From an uncultured Deferribacteres bacterium (GTDB taxonomy: Bacteria; Zhuqueibacterota; JdFR-76; DREG01): 64,000 nt of DNA. The DNA is taken from the NCBI GenBank assembly GCA_964464595.1, contig CAYXGW010000002.1, forward strand, positions 69,408 to 133,407, in the 5' to 3' direction. Shown here in pieces: positions 1-10,391 of the stretch. Numbering within the stretch: position 1 is the stretch's first letter; every line of letters begins with the position of its first letter. The notes below the pieces were generated by a model, which saw only the letters and a program-made list of their open reading frames with translations, did no database searches and had not been told where the DNA came from. Made by a program: the position numbers and the translations under genes.

Positions 1-743
1 TGTTTAACAAAATCTACCCAAACTTTAATAGCATCAGAATAGCGTTCTTCTCTCATATAGGAGTCACCTAAAAATATATACCCTGATGAACAATTCGAAT
101 CTAGTTTAATCGCTTCTCGTAATTGAATTCTACCGTCTTTTTCCTTTAGGGTTTTAAATAAAGACGACGCCATCTCGACTTTGTATAACGCTAATTTAGA
201 GTGTACTTCAGGTATTTTTTCCCATCTATCCAGATGTTTAAGGGTTTTAAATGCATTTTCCCAATCTAGTTTAGATTCGTAAATGAGCAATTCTTGTTTT
301 TTAGCCCATGTATTTCTAGATTCTATTTCCAATATTTGATGAACAGTTTCTAAAGCCTTATCAAAATTCATCGCCTTAACTAAATCCTTAACAAGACTTC
401 GATAAATCTGCTTTTTTGTATCCTGACTAAGATTACGTCTTACTAATAATTCCCGATGAATCTTTATAGCTTTTTCTAGTTTATCTTGCTTGCGAAAAAT
501 ATCTCCCAATCTAATGTATGCATCAATATTTTCGGTATTTTGGTTTACGGATCGGTAAAATAATTTGACTGCCTCATCAATTTCCCCTTCAATATATGCA
601 TTTAATGCTTTTATATAATCATAAGACTCGTTTGGTGCGTTAGCTTTACTTCTTCGAAAACTGAGGATAGTTACAATTATTACGACAAAAATGATACTTA
701 CTACAGTGATAATCAAAAAATTATTCTGTGAAAAATATTCCAT
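1..743 (-). CDS. lapB: LapB/YciM-like tetratricopeptide repeat protein (5' part; runs off the window)
   Basis: Manual translation from ATG at 743: MEYFSQNNFLIITVVSIIFVVIIVTILSF (N-terminal TM), then YIKALNAYIEGEIDEAVKLF...NIDAYIRLGDIFRKQDKLEKAIKIHREL, a LapB-type TPR pattern; directly downstream of lapA-like gene. Confidence 0.7.
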   Translation of the reverse strand, partial: MEYFSQNNFLIITVVSIIFVVIIVTILSFRRSKANAPNESYDYIKALNAYIEGEIDEAVKLFYRSVNQNTENIDAYIRLGDIFRKQDKLEKAIKIHRELLVRRNLSQDTKKQIYRSLVKDLVKAMNFDKALETVHQILEIESRNTWAKKQELLIYESKLDWENAFKTLKHLDRWEKIPEVHSKLALYKVEMASSLFKTLKEKDGRIQLREAIKLDSNCSSGYIFLGDSYMREERYSDAIKVWVDFVK

Positions 744-751
744 AGTAAGCC

Positions 752-1081
752 CTATTCGTCCGTAGCTTCTTCTGGTATATCAGTTTCGAAGGCTTCTTCA
801 ACAGAAAGGTTGCGCAACCTGTTTAGCTCATCTGTTAACAACTTATTTTCTTTGTTAAGCTGTCTACACTCGACTTTTAATTGCAATATTTTAAAAATTG
901 AAACAAATAACCAAGTAAGAATACCCAATGAAAACGCAAAATATACAATTAAATACAGTGGCACTTCCGGTGAGGTCCAAAACCCTACTTTAACGTGGGC
1001 CACCTGGTCTTGATTATAAAATGCAAAACCAAGAACAATGATGATGAGCACCGCCCCTAAAATCCATTTTACTATCCACAT
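752..1081 (-). CDS. lapA: LapA family lipopolysaccharide assembly protein
   Basis: Two TM segments, FAFYNQDQV motif, C-terminal coiled coil; upstream of lapB-like gene. Confidence 0.7.
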   Translation of the reverse strand: MWIVKWILGAVLIIIVLGFAFYNQDQVAHVKVGFWTSPEVPLYLIVYFAFSLGILTWLFVSIFKILQLKVECRQLNKENKLLTDELNRLRNLSVEEAFETDIPEEATDE

Positions 1082-1309
1082 GCTAATTTCTCCTCAAATT
1101 GAAATAAGGGTTGTAATTTGAAACAAATTTGGTAATTTTGAGGTAACATCGAGGATCAAATTAATCTTTTAATCTTTCCAAATTATTGATTTAAAATAAC
1201 ATTATTCAATTAAAAATCAATTCTTTTTGGAATGTAGAATAATCAAGCCGACTGACAAAACCAAAAGTAAAATAAATATTCTAATTCAAATTATTTTAAA
1301 CCCGAAATG

Positions 1310-1339
1310 AAAAAGCCGCCTTAACATAATCAAAGCGGC
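1310..1339 (-). terminator. Probable intrinsic terminator after rpsA
   Basis: Minus strand GCCGC-N14-GCGGC stem followed by TTTTT, about 30 nt after the rpsA stop. Confidence 0.5.
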
Positions 1340-1367
1340 CTCTTATATTACAATAATTCAATAGATG

Positions 1368-3593
1368 TTATTCTTTTGAATCTTCTTCCGACTCTGTAGT
1401 CTCCGAGTCAGTTTTTTCATCTGTTTCTTTTTTCTTTGATTTTGCTTTGGTTATCTTTGCAGGTTCTGTTTCTGTTTCTTTTTTCTTTGATTTTTGGCGT
1501 GCAGTTTTAGGCTTTTTGTCTACCTTTATATCGTCTTTTACAACAGCATCCTCTTTAACCTCAGAATCAACTTCTATCTCAGTATCAACTTCTACATCAG
1601 CATCAACTTTTACCTCAGCATCAATTTCTACATCAGCATCAACTTTTACCTCAGCATCGACTTCTACCTCATTGTCATCATTAACTTCTGGCGCTACCTC
1701 CACTTGAGCTTCAGCTGTTTTTTCTACAGCTTCTTCCTTTGTTTTCAGATTTAATTCTTCCAGACTTTTTTCCGATAAAACAATCCGCTTATTATTTTTA
1801 TCAAACTCAATAACTGTAAGCTCTAATTCATCATCAAACTTATAGGCATCTGAAGTTCGTCGACGTCCGGATGAATCTATTCGTGTCAAATGTGAGATTG
1901 GCACAAAGCCTTCAACTTGATCAGGAATTTCGGTAACCAAACCTTTTTCAATACATCTGGTAACTATCCCTTTCACCTGAATTCCTACTTTGTACTGATT
2001 TTCAAGAATATCCCAGGGATTATCAAATAATTGTTTATATCCCAAAGAAATTCTTCTATTCTCTCTTTCAATTGCAAGAACTTCCACTTCAATATTATCA
2101 TTTTTCTTAATGACTTCACTTGGGTGCCTGATTTTACGTGTCCAGGATAAATCAGAGATGTGAACCAACCCATCTACCCCGTCTTCAAGCTCTACAAAAG
2201 CACCAAAGTTAGTCAAATTTCTCACTACTCCATTATGACGTGTTCCAAGTGGATATTTTTCTTCAATTTGATCCCAAGGATCCGGTTCAAGTTGTTTCAA
2301 TCCTAAAGAAATTTTCTGACCCTCTTTATCCACACTTAAAACTATAGCTTCAACTTCATCTCCCATTGAGACGACTTGGGAAGGATGTTTAATATGTTGT
2401 ATCCATGACATTTCAGAAATATGGATAAGCCCTTCAATTCCTTTTTCAAGCTCAATAAACGCACCATAATCTGCAATATTAACAACTTTACCTGATATTT
2501 TTGACCCAACCTCAAATTTATCTTCAATATTGTCCCACGGGTGAGGGGATAATTGTTTGAGTCCCAGAGAAATTCTTGATTTATCTTCGTCGAAGTCAAG
2601 AATAACTACGTCAATTTTCTCATCTAAAGAAACAACTTCTGAAGGATGTCCGATTCTTCCCCAAGAAAGATCATTAATATGGAGAAGACCATCTACACCA
2701 CCCAGGTCAATAAACACGCCAAAATTTGTTATATTCTTGACAGTTCCTTCTAACTTTTGACCCTTTTCCAGATTCATTAGAATTTTTTCTCTAAGACCTT
2801 TCATATCCTCTTCTATCAAGACACGCCGAGAAACAACGATGTTCCTGCGAAGATGATTTACATTGACAATTTTGAATTCAAATTCTTGATTGACTAATGC
2901 ATCAAAGTCACGCACAGGTTTAATATCTATTTGAGAGCCTGGTAGAAAAGCTTCAACACCAATTAAATCGACAACCATACCGCCTTTAATTCTACGGCTC
3001 ACCTTACCTGTGATCACTTCATCTTTTTCATGAACTTCAACCACTTTATCCCAAGCTCTAACAAAATCGGCTTTTTTGCTGGAAAGAACTAATTGGCCGT
3101 CTTTATCTTCAATGTTGTCTATATAAACCTCAATTTCATCGCCTATATTGAGATCTTCTCTATTGTTAAACTCTTCAAAGGGGACCAGGCCTTCAGATTT
3201 AAAACCAATATCCACAGATACATCTTTGGAATCAATTGAAATAATTCTACCTGAAACAATTTCTCCGTCGGAAAATTTATTTATTGTACTTTCATAAATT
3301 TGTTCAAATTTTTGAAATTCATCTTGAGAATATTCTTGCTCTTCAACTAAATCTTCTAATTTAACAGTTTCTGCTTCACTAAAATTTTCGATGCTTTCTT
3401 TACTCTCAGAATTAGCTTCTTCTATTATATCAGTTTTTGTTTCTGTCTGTTCAGATTGGTCTGTCTCTTCAGTCATACCTTCGGCTTCAGTTTCATTGGA
3501 ATGTGTAATTTCAGGTGTTTCATTTTCCCCTTTTACTTGATCTTCTTTGGTAATTATCTCCTCAGAATTTTGATCTTTTTCCTCTTTTGACAT
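1368..3593 (-). CDS. rpsA: 30S ribosomal protein S1 with long acidic N- and C-terminal extensions
   Basis: Six S1 repeats (e.g. GTVKNITNFGVFIDLGGVDGLLHI); in cmk-plsC-rpsA order. Confidence 0.95.
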   Translation of the reverse strand: MSKEEKDQNSEEIITKEDQVKGENETPEITHSNETEAEGMTEETDQSEQTETKTDIIEEANSESKESIENFSEAETVKLEDLVEEQEYSQDEFQKFEQIYESTINKFSDGEIVSGRIISIDSKDVSVDIGFKSEGLVPFEEFNNREDLNIGDEIEVYIDNIEDKDGQLVLSSKKADFVRAWDKVVEVHEKDEVITGKVSRRIKGGMVVDLIGVEAFLPGSQIDIKPVRDFDALVNQEFEFKIVNVNHLRRNIVVSRRVLIEEDMKGLREKILMNLEKGQKLEGTVKNITNFGVFIDLGGVDGLLHINDLSWGRIGHPSEVVSLDEKIDVVILDFDEDKSRISLGLKQLSPHPWDNIEDKFEVGSKISGKVVNIADYGAFIELEKGIEGLIHISEMSWIQHIKHPSQVVSMGDEVEAIVLSVDKEGQKISLGLKQLEPDPWDQIEEKYPLGTRHNGVVRNLTNFGAFVELEDGVDGLVHISDLSWTRKIRHPSEVIKKNDNIEVEVLAIERENRRISLGYKQLFDNPWDILENQYKVGIQVKGIVTRCIEKGLVTEIPDQVEGFVPISHLTRIDSSGRRRTSDAYKFDDELELTVIEFDKNNKRIVLSEKSLEELNLKTKEEAVEKTAEAQVEVAPEVNDDNEVEVDAEVKVDADVEIDAEVKVDADVEVDTEIEVDSEVKEDAVVKDDIKVDKKPKTARQKSKKKETETEPAKITKAKSKKKETDEKTDSETTESEEDSKE
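1570..1670 (-). repeat. Tandem 18/36-nt coding repeat in the rpsA tail (V/I-D-A-E/D-V-K/E units)
   Basis: 36-nt unit tctacatcagcatcaacttttacctcagcatcaatt at 1591-1626 repeated at 1627-1662 with 2 mismatches; degenerate 18-nt copies on both sides. Confidence 0.85.
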
Positions 3594-3636
3594 ATAAGTA
3601 AAATCCTTATTTATTAATGGTTTAGGGTTAATAAAT

Positions 3637-4254
3637 CTAGTTAATTATTGAGTTTTTTAATTCTCTTACGGAATTCATCACGTCGTTTGATATCATTGTA
3701 TAAATTTCTTTAACCGGTAAATCCAAATCTTGATACTTTGAAATTGAGATCATCTGTCCGAATTTCACTGTTACTGGTGGCGATCTAAAAATCGCATTTT
3801 TTAAATTTAAACTACCATGAACATAAACAGGTAAAATATCTACCTGGTTTATGTAAGAAAGCAGTCCAACACCTCTTTTCACAGGTAGAAATTCACCATC
3901 TCTACTTCTTGTTCCTTCAAAAAAAACTAACAGAGGTTTATAATTCTCTAACATACGTTTTGCATGTTTAATAGCTCCAATATCAAATCCTTTGCGCGTT
4001 GTTGGAAATGAATTTAATTTCTCAGCAATAAAACCAAGAACCGGCCAACTAAATATTTCTTTTTTTGCCATATAACACATTTCCACTGGAGCTGCACTAC
4101 CAACAAAAAAGGGATCTAAATAACTTTGATGGTTTGAAGCAACAATAAATCCTTGGTTTTTTTTCCAGTTATTAATCCCTATCACAGAGTAGCCAAACAG
4201 TATTCGGAATAGTATCCGGAGAAAATAAACGATAAGAAAATAATAATTACGCAT
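3637..4254 (-). CDS. plsC: 1-acyl-sn-glycerol-3-phosphate acyltransferase
   Basis: SNHQSYLD (HX4D) and FEGTRS motifs. Confidence 0.9.
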   Translation of the reverse strand: MRNYYFLIVYFLRILFRILFGYSVIGINNWKKNQGFIVASNHQSYLDPFFVGSAAPVEMCYMAKKEIFSWPVLGFIAEKLNSFPTTRKGFDIGAIKHAKRMLENYKPLLVFFEGTRSRDGEFLPVKRGVGLLSYINQVDILPVYVHGSLNLKNAIFRSPPVTVKFGQMISISKYQDLDLPVKEIYTMISNDVMNSVRELKNSIIN

Positions 4255-4367
4255 TGTAATTGCAACAAAATAGTGTTACATAATCTGACAATCGAAATAG
4301 GCAAGGTATGAATCTTTTTGAGATTCCAACATATATTAATTGACAAATATTCTGCTTGCCTGACAAA

Positions 4368-5096
4368 TTATAATTTGTCCGATCTATCTGCTATTTCCAA
4401 TTGATGGGAATATTCTATTATTTTTTTGTAAAGCAGATTGACCTGCCCATCAATGGTTAAATTTGTTGTGTTGACTTCTAGAGCACCTTCTGCTTTTATT
4501 AATGGACTCAACACTCGTTCGGAATCTATCTTATCTCGTTGATCGATTTCTGCAACGATGTCCTCCAAGAGTCCTGCATCACCTCTTTCTTTTTTTTCAT
4601 CCCAACGGCGTTTTGCCCGAGTTTGTAAATCGGCTGTCAAAAAAAACTTTAAATCCGCTTCAGGAAAAACAACAGTACCAATGTCTCTTCCCTCGGCAAC
4701 CACTCCCCCATTCCGCCCAAAATCTCTTTGCAACTTTACTAAATGCTCCCGAACATCCGGAATCTGGCAAACCCAGGAAACTTCTTTATCAACTTTTTTG
4801 GATCTAATTTCATTGGTAACATCAATTTCATCCAAAAAGATAGAAATATGCCCGTCCTTATTTTTTAAATCAATTTCTGCTTCCTTTAATAAAGAAATAA
4901 TCTTTTCAACATGGTTCTCCATTAATTTAGCCTGTATAACTTTCAATGTTATTGCTCGATACATCGCTCCTGTATCTAAGTAAAGATAGTCTAGTTTTCT
5001 AGCAAGCATCCCTGCAGTAGTACTTTTTCCTGATCCGGCTGGACCGTCTATTGTAATAATAAACCTCGGAATTCTAATACTAGAACTTTTTGCCAT
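4368..5096 (-). CDS. cmk: Cytidylate kinase
   Basis: ITIDGPAGSGKST, YLDTGAMYRA, EGRDIGTVVFP. Confidence 0.95.
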   Translation of the reverse strand: MAKSSSIRIPRFIITIDGPAGSGKSTTAGMLARKLDYLYLDTGAMYRAITLKVIQAKLMENHVEKIISLLKEAEIDLKNKDGHISIFLDEIDVTNEIRSKKVDKEVSWVCQIPDVREHLVKLQRDFGRNGGVVAEGRDIGTVVFPEADLKFFLTADLQTRAKRRWDEKKERGDAGLLEDIVAEIDQRDKIDSERVLSPLIKAEGALEVNTTNLTIDGQVNLLYKKIIEYSHQLEIADRSDKL

Positions 5097-5150
5097 CCTA
5101 TTACAAGCTCCTGATATTTTAATATAAATTGACTCGTAATGAGTAACAAT

Positions 5151-5864
5151 TTAATTAAGTCTTACTAAATTCTTCAATTGAACAACTTCATTTTTATTAA
5201 GGAAACGCCATTCTCCAAGTTTTAAACCATTTACACATAAGGATGCAAATTGCTCGCGAATAAGTGACGTTACAGAAAATCCCAAAGTTTTTAGCATTCT
5301 TTTGATTTGTCGATTTCGACCTTCATGCAGACTTAAACGTATTTTTTTCTCACTGACTTTTTTAATATGATAGGCCCTAGCAAGCATTTCATCGCCAATA
5401 TTAACCCCATTTTCTAATTCTACAATGGCTTTGTCGGCGATTTTTTTGTTTAATCCAACCAAGTATTTTTTTTCAATTTCATATTTCGGATGAGTCAAAC
5501 GATTTACCAGTTCTCCATCATTTGTTAAAATTATAGTGCCCTGTGTATCTAGATCAAGTCGTCCTACTGGTACAATGCCAGAAATTTTGGGAATTAAACT
5601 CATAACGGTAGGTCTATGAAATGGATCTGATACTGTTGTAATGTAACCAGGCGGCTTGTTTAATAAAAAATAGACATGATTTATTGCCGGTTTAACCAAA
5701 CAATTGTCTAATTCAACCTTGTCTGTTTTTTCATCACACTGAGTCGCCAGTTTTCTAACAATTTCACCATTGATCTTTACCCGACCGGAAATAATAAGTT
5801 GTTCCGCACCTCGTCTTGAAGTAACTCCACATTTCGCTAAATACTGGTTAAGTCTCATTTCCAT
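5151..5864 (-). CDS. rluB: rRNA pseudouridine synthase, RluB/RsuA family
   Basis: N-terminal S4 domain (RLNQYLAKCG), PVGRLD catalytic motif, EGRNRQIKRM. Confidence 0.85.
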   Translation of the reverse strand: MEMRLNQYLAKCGVTSRRGAEQLIISGRVKINGEIVRKLATQCDEKTDKVELDNCLVKPAINHVYFLLNKPPGYITTVSDPFHRPTVMSLIPKISGIVPVGRLDLDTQGTIILTNDGELVNRLTHPKYEIEKKYLVGLNKKIADKAIVELENGVNIGDEMLARAYHIKKVSEKKIRLSLHEGRNRQIKRMLKTLGFSVTSLIREQFASLCVNGLKLGEWRFLNKNEVVQLKNLVRLN

Positions 5865-6441
5865 CGACTATTTGGGTCTGTTGAAGCGATTCCATTTTTT
5901 CTTCCTCTTCTCTGGCCTTCAATAATGCTTCTATTTCTTCATAGCTTGGTAATTCGGAAAAATTATTAAGTCCAAAATATTGCAACAATTCTTGAGTCGT
6001 ACCGTACAAAAGCGGTTTTCCTACGGTGTCAGCTCGTCCCAGAATTTTAATCATTCCTCTCTCAAGTAGAGTACCGACAACACCATCTGAATTAACTCCC
6101 CTTATCGCTTCAACTTCTACACGTGAGACCGGTTGTTTATAAGTAATAACAGCGAGTGTCTCTAATGCTGCTTGTGATAGCCTAGGTCTTGTTCTAGCAG
6201 CATGAAATTTTTTGATATATTCATGATACTCCAGACGTGTAGCCAATTGAAAACCTCCAGCAATCTCAAAAATATTTATTGCATGATCCTTATAAACTTC
6301 ATTTAAGTCCGAAAGAGCTGTTTCAATTTCATCTTTTTTAAAATTTGGTAAAATTTGAACTAGTTTATTCATTGTAACAGGTTTATCTGCAACAAATAAT
6401 ATAGCTTCAATAATTTGGCTTATTTCGTTCATTTTGTTCAA
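5848..6441 (-). CDS. scpB: SMC-Scp complex subunit ScpB
   Basis: IIEAILF, LSQAALETLAVITYKQPVSR, IRGVNS. Confidence 0.95.
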   Translation of the reverse strand: MNKMNEISQIIEAILFVADKPVTMNKLVQILPNFKKDEIETALSDLNEVYKDHAINIFEIAGGFQLATRLEYHEYIKKFHAARTRPRLSQAALETLAVITYKQPVSRVEVEAIRGVNSDGVVGTLLERGMIKILGRADTVGKPLLYGTTQELLQYFGLNNFSELPSYEEIEALLKAREEEEKMESLQQTQIVDGNET

Positions 6442-7169
6442 TTACTGGAACTAATCCCAAATATCCAAATTTCAGAAAACGGTTTGGTTTGTCTTACTTG
6501 AATGATTTTATTTTTGATGAGTTCTAGCATTGCGATAAATGTGGCAACCAGAACAGCACGTGTTTTGATGTGAACTTCATCTATTAATTCCGAAAAACTC
6601 AATTGATCGCGACTATTGATCAACTTCTTAATAAATTCATACTGTTCATCTACACTAATTGTTGGAGTGTTTATTGTATGAACTGGCTGATTTTCGTACC
6701 TTAGGGTAACTTCACGAAAAGCACTTATTAAATCAAATAATGTAACTTGGCAAGGATCCAAACTTTGTTCTTCATCTTCCAAAAAATCAAATTGATAATT
6801 TTCCCTTTTATGGAATTTACGATATCTATTTTCTCTTGTAGATAATTCAAGCGCAATTTGTTTATATTTACGGTATTCAATTAATCGTTCAATCAATTCC
6901 TGCCTTGGATCAACTTCTTCCATGTCCTCTTCAATATCAGATTTTGGTAACAGCAAATGGGATTTTATTCGAATCAGAGTAGCCGCCATTACAATAAATT
7001 CACTGGCAACTTCCAAATCCAGGGTTTGCATAATTTGGATATATTGCAAATACTGTTGAGTAATGAGAGCAATTGGAATATCATAAATATTCAATTCATT
7101 TTTTTTGATTAAAAAAAGCAATAAATCAAGAGGGCCTTCAAAATTTTGTAATTTTATGCGATATACCAT
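6438..7169 (-). CDS. scpA: Segregation and condensation protein A
   Basis: FEGPLDLLLFLI, ASEFIVMAA, FIAMLELIK. Confidence 0.95.
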   Translation of the reverse strand: MVYRIKLQNFEGPLDLLLFLIKKNELNIYDIPIALITQQYLQYIQIMQTLDLEVASEFIVMAATLIRIKSHLLLPKSDIEEDMEEVDPRQELIERLIEYRKYKQIALELSTRENRYRKFHKRENYQFDFLEDEEQSLDPCQVTLFDLISAFREVTLRYENQPVHTINTPTISVDEQYEFIKKLINSRDQLSFSELIDEVHIKTRAVLVATFIAMLELIKNKIIQVRQTKPFSEIWIFGISSSN

Positions 7170-7179
7170 AAGGATTTAA

Positions 7180-8193
7180 CTATATTATTTCGTAGAAATT
7201 GCCAATTTTCACAGATTCTCGAACCTGCTCCATTGTAATTTTAGCTTCGTTTGATGCTTTCTCATTACCCGAAACAATAACTTCCCGGACAAAAGACTTA
7301 TCTTTTTCTAATGTCTTTCTTTTTTCACGGATTGGTTCTAAAAATTTACTCAGTTTGTCTGCTAAATTGTTTTTACAATCCACACATCCTAACACTCCAC
7401 TACGACAATCTCGTTCAATCTCCGGAAGTTCCGGAGGATTGAACTTTTGGTGGTATGTAAAAACTGTACATATTTCAGGATGTCCAGGATCACCCATACG
7501 AATTTTTGCCGGATCGGTTATTGCAGTTCTTACTTTTTTCTTAATCTCATCAGGAGTATCTGATAATAAAATTGTATTGCCTTTTGATTTGCTCATTTTT
7601 GCTCCATCTAACCCAGGCAGACGGCTAAATTTTGTTAGCAAGGATTTAGGTACCGGAAATACGAATCCATAAGTTTTATTAAACCTTCTGGCAATTTCCC
7701 TTGTTAATTCTACATGGGGTACCTGATCTTCACCTACCGGAACTGCATGAGCCCGATACATCAAAATGTCTGCCGATTGCAAAATCGGGTAACCAAGATG
7801 GCCATAGGAAACTTTATCTTCCAAGTGTAACTCTCGTATTTGCTCTTTTACCGTCGGATTTCGCTCTAACCGAGGCACCGTAACCAGCATCGAAAACAGA
7901 AGATGTAATTCTGCGTGCTCTTTAATAAGAGATTGAATAAAAATCGTGGATTTTTCGGGATTGATACCTGCAGCTAACCAATCAATTACCATATCTATTG
8001 AATCTTGCCAAATATTATCGGTATGCTGAAAATCAGTAGTAAGGTTGTGCCAATCTGCAACAAAATGAAAGCTTTCATACTCATTTTGCAATTTAATCCA
8101 ATTTTCCAATGCACCTGTATAATTTCCCAAATGTAGTTTACCCGATGGACGCATTCCACTTAATATGCGTTTATTCAATTCCATATTAGTCAT
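7180..8193 (-). CDS. trpS: Tryptophan--tRNA ligase
   Basis: SGMRPSGKLHLGN (HIGH-like), YPILQSADIL, KMSKS. Confidence 0.95.
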   Translation of the reverse strand: MTNMELNKRILSGMRPSGKLHLGNYTGALENWIKLQNEYESFHFVADWHNLTTDFQHTDNIWQDSIDMVIDWLAAGINPEKSTIFIQSLIKEHAELHLLFSMLVTVPRLERNPTVKEQIRELHLEDKVSYGHLGYPILQSADILMYRAHAVPVGEDQVPHVELTREIARRFNKTYGFVFPVPKSLLTKFSRLPGLDGAKMSKSKGNTILLSDTPDEIKKKVRTAITDPAKIRMGDPGHPEICTVFTYHQKFNPPELPEIERDCRSGVLGCVDCKNNLADKLSKFLEPIREKRKTLEKDKSFVREVIVSGNEKASNEAKITMEQVRESVKIGNFYEII

Positions 8194-8211
8194 CTTTATT
8201 TTAGCATTAGA

Positions 8212-8703
8212 TTAATCAGGAAGGAAAAGATATGGTCTCCAACGGTCTTCAACGGCTCCAAAAAAATTCTGAATAAAAAATAAATAATTTGGTTTTTGGG
8301 GGATTTTCCGAAGAATCATATCTGCTTCTTCTGGCGATTTATTTCCCTTTTTAAAATTACATTTTTCGCAAGCGGCAACCAGGTTTTGCCAGGTATCCAC
8401 ACCCCCTCTTTCTTTTGGAATTACATGGTCCACCGTTAATGGTTTAGTAGAAGTGCCACAATATTGACAGGAAAAGCGATCTCGTTTCATTATGTTTTTG
8501 CGCGATAGTAGAATCCTCTTTCTTGGAACATTAATAAAACGTCCTAGGCGAACTACACTAGGCATTGGCAGTTCAAGAGTAACAGAGCGGATAACCATGG
8601 AATCATATCGTTCCACCAGATTAGCTTTCTCAAGATAAAGCAAAATAATAGCTTTCCTTACCGAGCAAATCGTCATTGGTTCATAGTTTTGATTAAGAAT
8701 CAA
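8212..8703 (-). CDS. HNH endonuclease (McrA-like, HNH_5); start uncertain
   Basis: LILNQNYEP, RDRFSCQYCG, TVDHVIPKERGG...WQNLVAACEKCNFKK. Confidence 0.9.
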   Translation of the reverse strand: MILNQNYEPMTICSVRKAIILLYLEKANLVERYDSMVIRSVTLELPMPSVVRLGRFINVPRKRILLSRKNIMKRDRFSCQYCGTSTKPLTVDHVIPKERGGVDTWQNLVAACEKCNFKKGNKSPEEADMILRKIPQKPNYLFFIQNFFGAVEDRWRPYLFLPD

Positions 8704-8851
8704 AACCTGTTTGTTAATCTTAAGAGTTTTCTGAACATACTCCTTACAATAATATTTATTATCAACTACATATCTAAATTAAATCAGACAAATAATTTAT
8801 GATTTATTTGGTTAATAATCAAAAAATGTTTTTCAGTGCTTAACGAATCAG

Positions 8852-9016
8852 CTAGAATGGCTCTGCTTCTTCAATGAGCATTATGGGTATGCTGTCTTTA
8901 ATGTTGTACTTTAAACGACAAGAATGACAAATTAATTTTTCGTTTTCTTTGTCGTATTCCAGGTTTCCTTTACATTTTGGACAAGCCAAAATATCAAGCA
9001 ACTCTTTATTCAGCAT
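8852..9016 (-). CDS. Trm112/YcaR family small zinc-binding protein (54 aa, not in ORF track)
   Basis: Manual translation [54 protein letters not shown]. Confidence 0.9.
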   Translation of the reverse strand: MLNKELLDILACPKCKGNLEYDKENEKLICHSCRLKYNIKDSIPIMLIEEAEPF

Positions 9017-9029
9017 CAAAATCTCCTCG

Positions 9030-9446
9030 TTAGATATTTTCTTTAATGATATTTAAAAATTTCTTTGGGGGTCTAATAGGCTTGCCATTTTTATTGGTCA
9101 TCGCATGAATAGTAAATGCTTCTGCTAATAGGGTTTGATCTTTGGAACGTATGATTTGATAATCCAGTTTTAAAGTTGACCTGGGAAGACTTTTTATGCT
9201 CGTATGAATTTCTAGGATATCATCATATAATGCAGGTTGGATATATTTGCAGTTAGCCTCAACCAAAGGTAATAATGTACCTTCATCTTCTACGGATTTA
9301 TAAGAATAACCGATCTCACGCAATAGTTCTGTCCTTGCACATTCAAACCACTCAAAGTATCTTGTGTGATGGGCAAACTGCATTCTATCCGTTTCGGCAT
9401 ACCGAACACGGATTGTGGTTGTTGAAGTAATCATTTTTCTTTCCAC
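9030..9446 (-). CDS. Acyl-CoA thioesterase, YbgC/4HBT family
   Basis: [29 protein letters not shown]. Confidence 0.85.
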   Translation of the reverse strand: MERKMITSTTTIRVRYAETDRMQFAHHTRYFEWFECARTELLREIGYSYKSVEDEGTLLPLVEANCKYIQPALYDDILEIHTSIKSLPRSTLKLDYQIIRSKDQTLLAEAFTIHAMTNKNGKPIRPPKKFLNIIKENI

Positions 9447-10390
9447 TCTCCAATATTGCGGTATCTTTCTATTCTATTCTCTAGTAAATCATCAAGTGGC
9501 AATTCTTTCAATTCATTCAAATGTCTCAACAAAGCTTCTTTTAGAATATCTGCAGTGCCATCATGATCTCTATGGGCACCCCCCACTGGTTCGGCAATTA
9601 CTTCATCAGCCATTTTCATTTCTAACATATCATTTGCTGTAATTCGCATTGCATCAGCGGCAAGTTCCGCTTTAGAATTATCCCTCCATAGAATAGCTGC
9701 ACAACCTTCAGGAGATATCACGGAGTACCAGGTATTTTCAAACATAATCAATCTGTCGCCTAACCCAATTCCTAATGCGCCACCACTCGCTCCCTCACCT
9801 ATCACAGCATTAACAATTGGCACTTTAAGCTTAGACATTTCAAATAGGTTTCTTGCAATTGCTTGAGCCTGTCCCCTTTCTTCCGCACCGATGCCGCAAT
9901 AAGCCCCGGGTGTGTCAATCAAACAAATAATTGGCATATGAAATTTTTCAGCAAGCTGCATAATTCTTAATGCTTTTCTATAACCCTCGGGGTTTGGCAT
10001 GCCAAAATTTCTATATAATTTTTCCTTGGTTGATCTACCTTTTTGATGTCCAATAATAGCAACTTTAATATGATCCAGTTGCCCAATTCCGGACACAATT
10101 GCCGGATCATCGGAGAAATATCGATCCCCATGTAATTCCATAAAATGGTCCATCATTCTTTCTACATAGTCTAAAGTATATGGTCTTTGGGGATGTCGAG
10201 CGAGCTGGACCCTTTGCCACCGGGTCAGTTTAGTGTAAATGTCTTGCCGTAATTTCATGGCTTTTTTTTCAAGGCGATTTAATTCATCAGTCATTTCCCC
10301 ATTTTCGACAAAACTAAGTTCTTTCAGGTCCTGAATTTTTCTTTCAAGTTCAACAATAGGTTTTTCAAATTCAAAAACAAATTCTGTCAT
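9431..10390 (-). CDS. accA: Acetyl-CoA carboxylase carboxyltransferase subunit alpha (start revised to MTEFVFEFEK)
   Basis: VQLARHPQRP, ELHGDR, FGMPNPEGYRKA, GEGASGGAL, YSVISPEGCAAILW. Confidence 0.95.
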   Translation of the reverse strand: MTEFVFEFEKPIVELERKIQDLKELSFVENGEMTDELNRLEKKAMKLRQDIYTKLTRWQRVQLARHPQRPYTLDYVERMMDHFMELHGDRYFSDDPAIVSGIGQLDHIKVAIIGHQKGRSTKEKLYRNFGMPNPEGYRKALRIMQLAEKFHMPIICLIDTPGAYCGIGAEERGQAQAIARNLFEMSKLKVPIVNAVIGEGASGGALGIGLGDRLIMFENTWYSVISPEGCAAILWRDNSKAELAADAMRITANDMLEMKMADEVIAEPVGGAHRDHDGTADILKEALLRHLNELKELPLDDLLENRIERYRNIGEWKEK

Positions 10391-10391
10391 T

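Noticed and set aside
1082-1367. Missing ihfB between rpsA and lapA
   Set aside because: No IHF-like remnant is detectable, and gene-order variation here is ordinary
3900-3935. PlsC motif FFEGTR instead of FPEGTR within an 8-nt homopolymer
   Set aside because: Frame is intact; a single substitution is not enough to infer changed function
8212-8703. HNH endonuclease as a mobile or defence element
   Set aside because: This stand-alone McrA-like family commonly sits among housekeeping genes; no intron, intein or repeat context is seen
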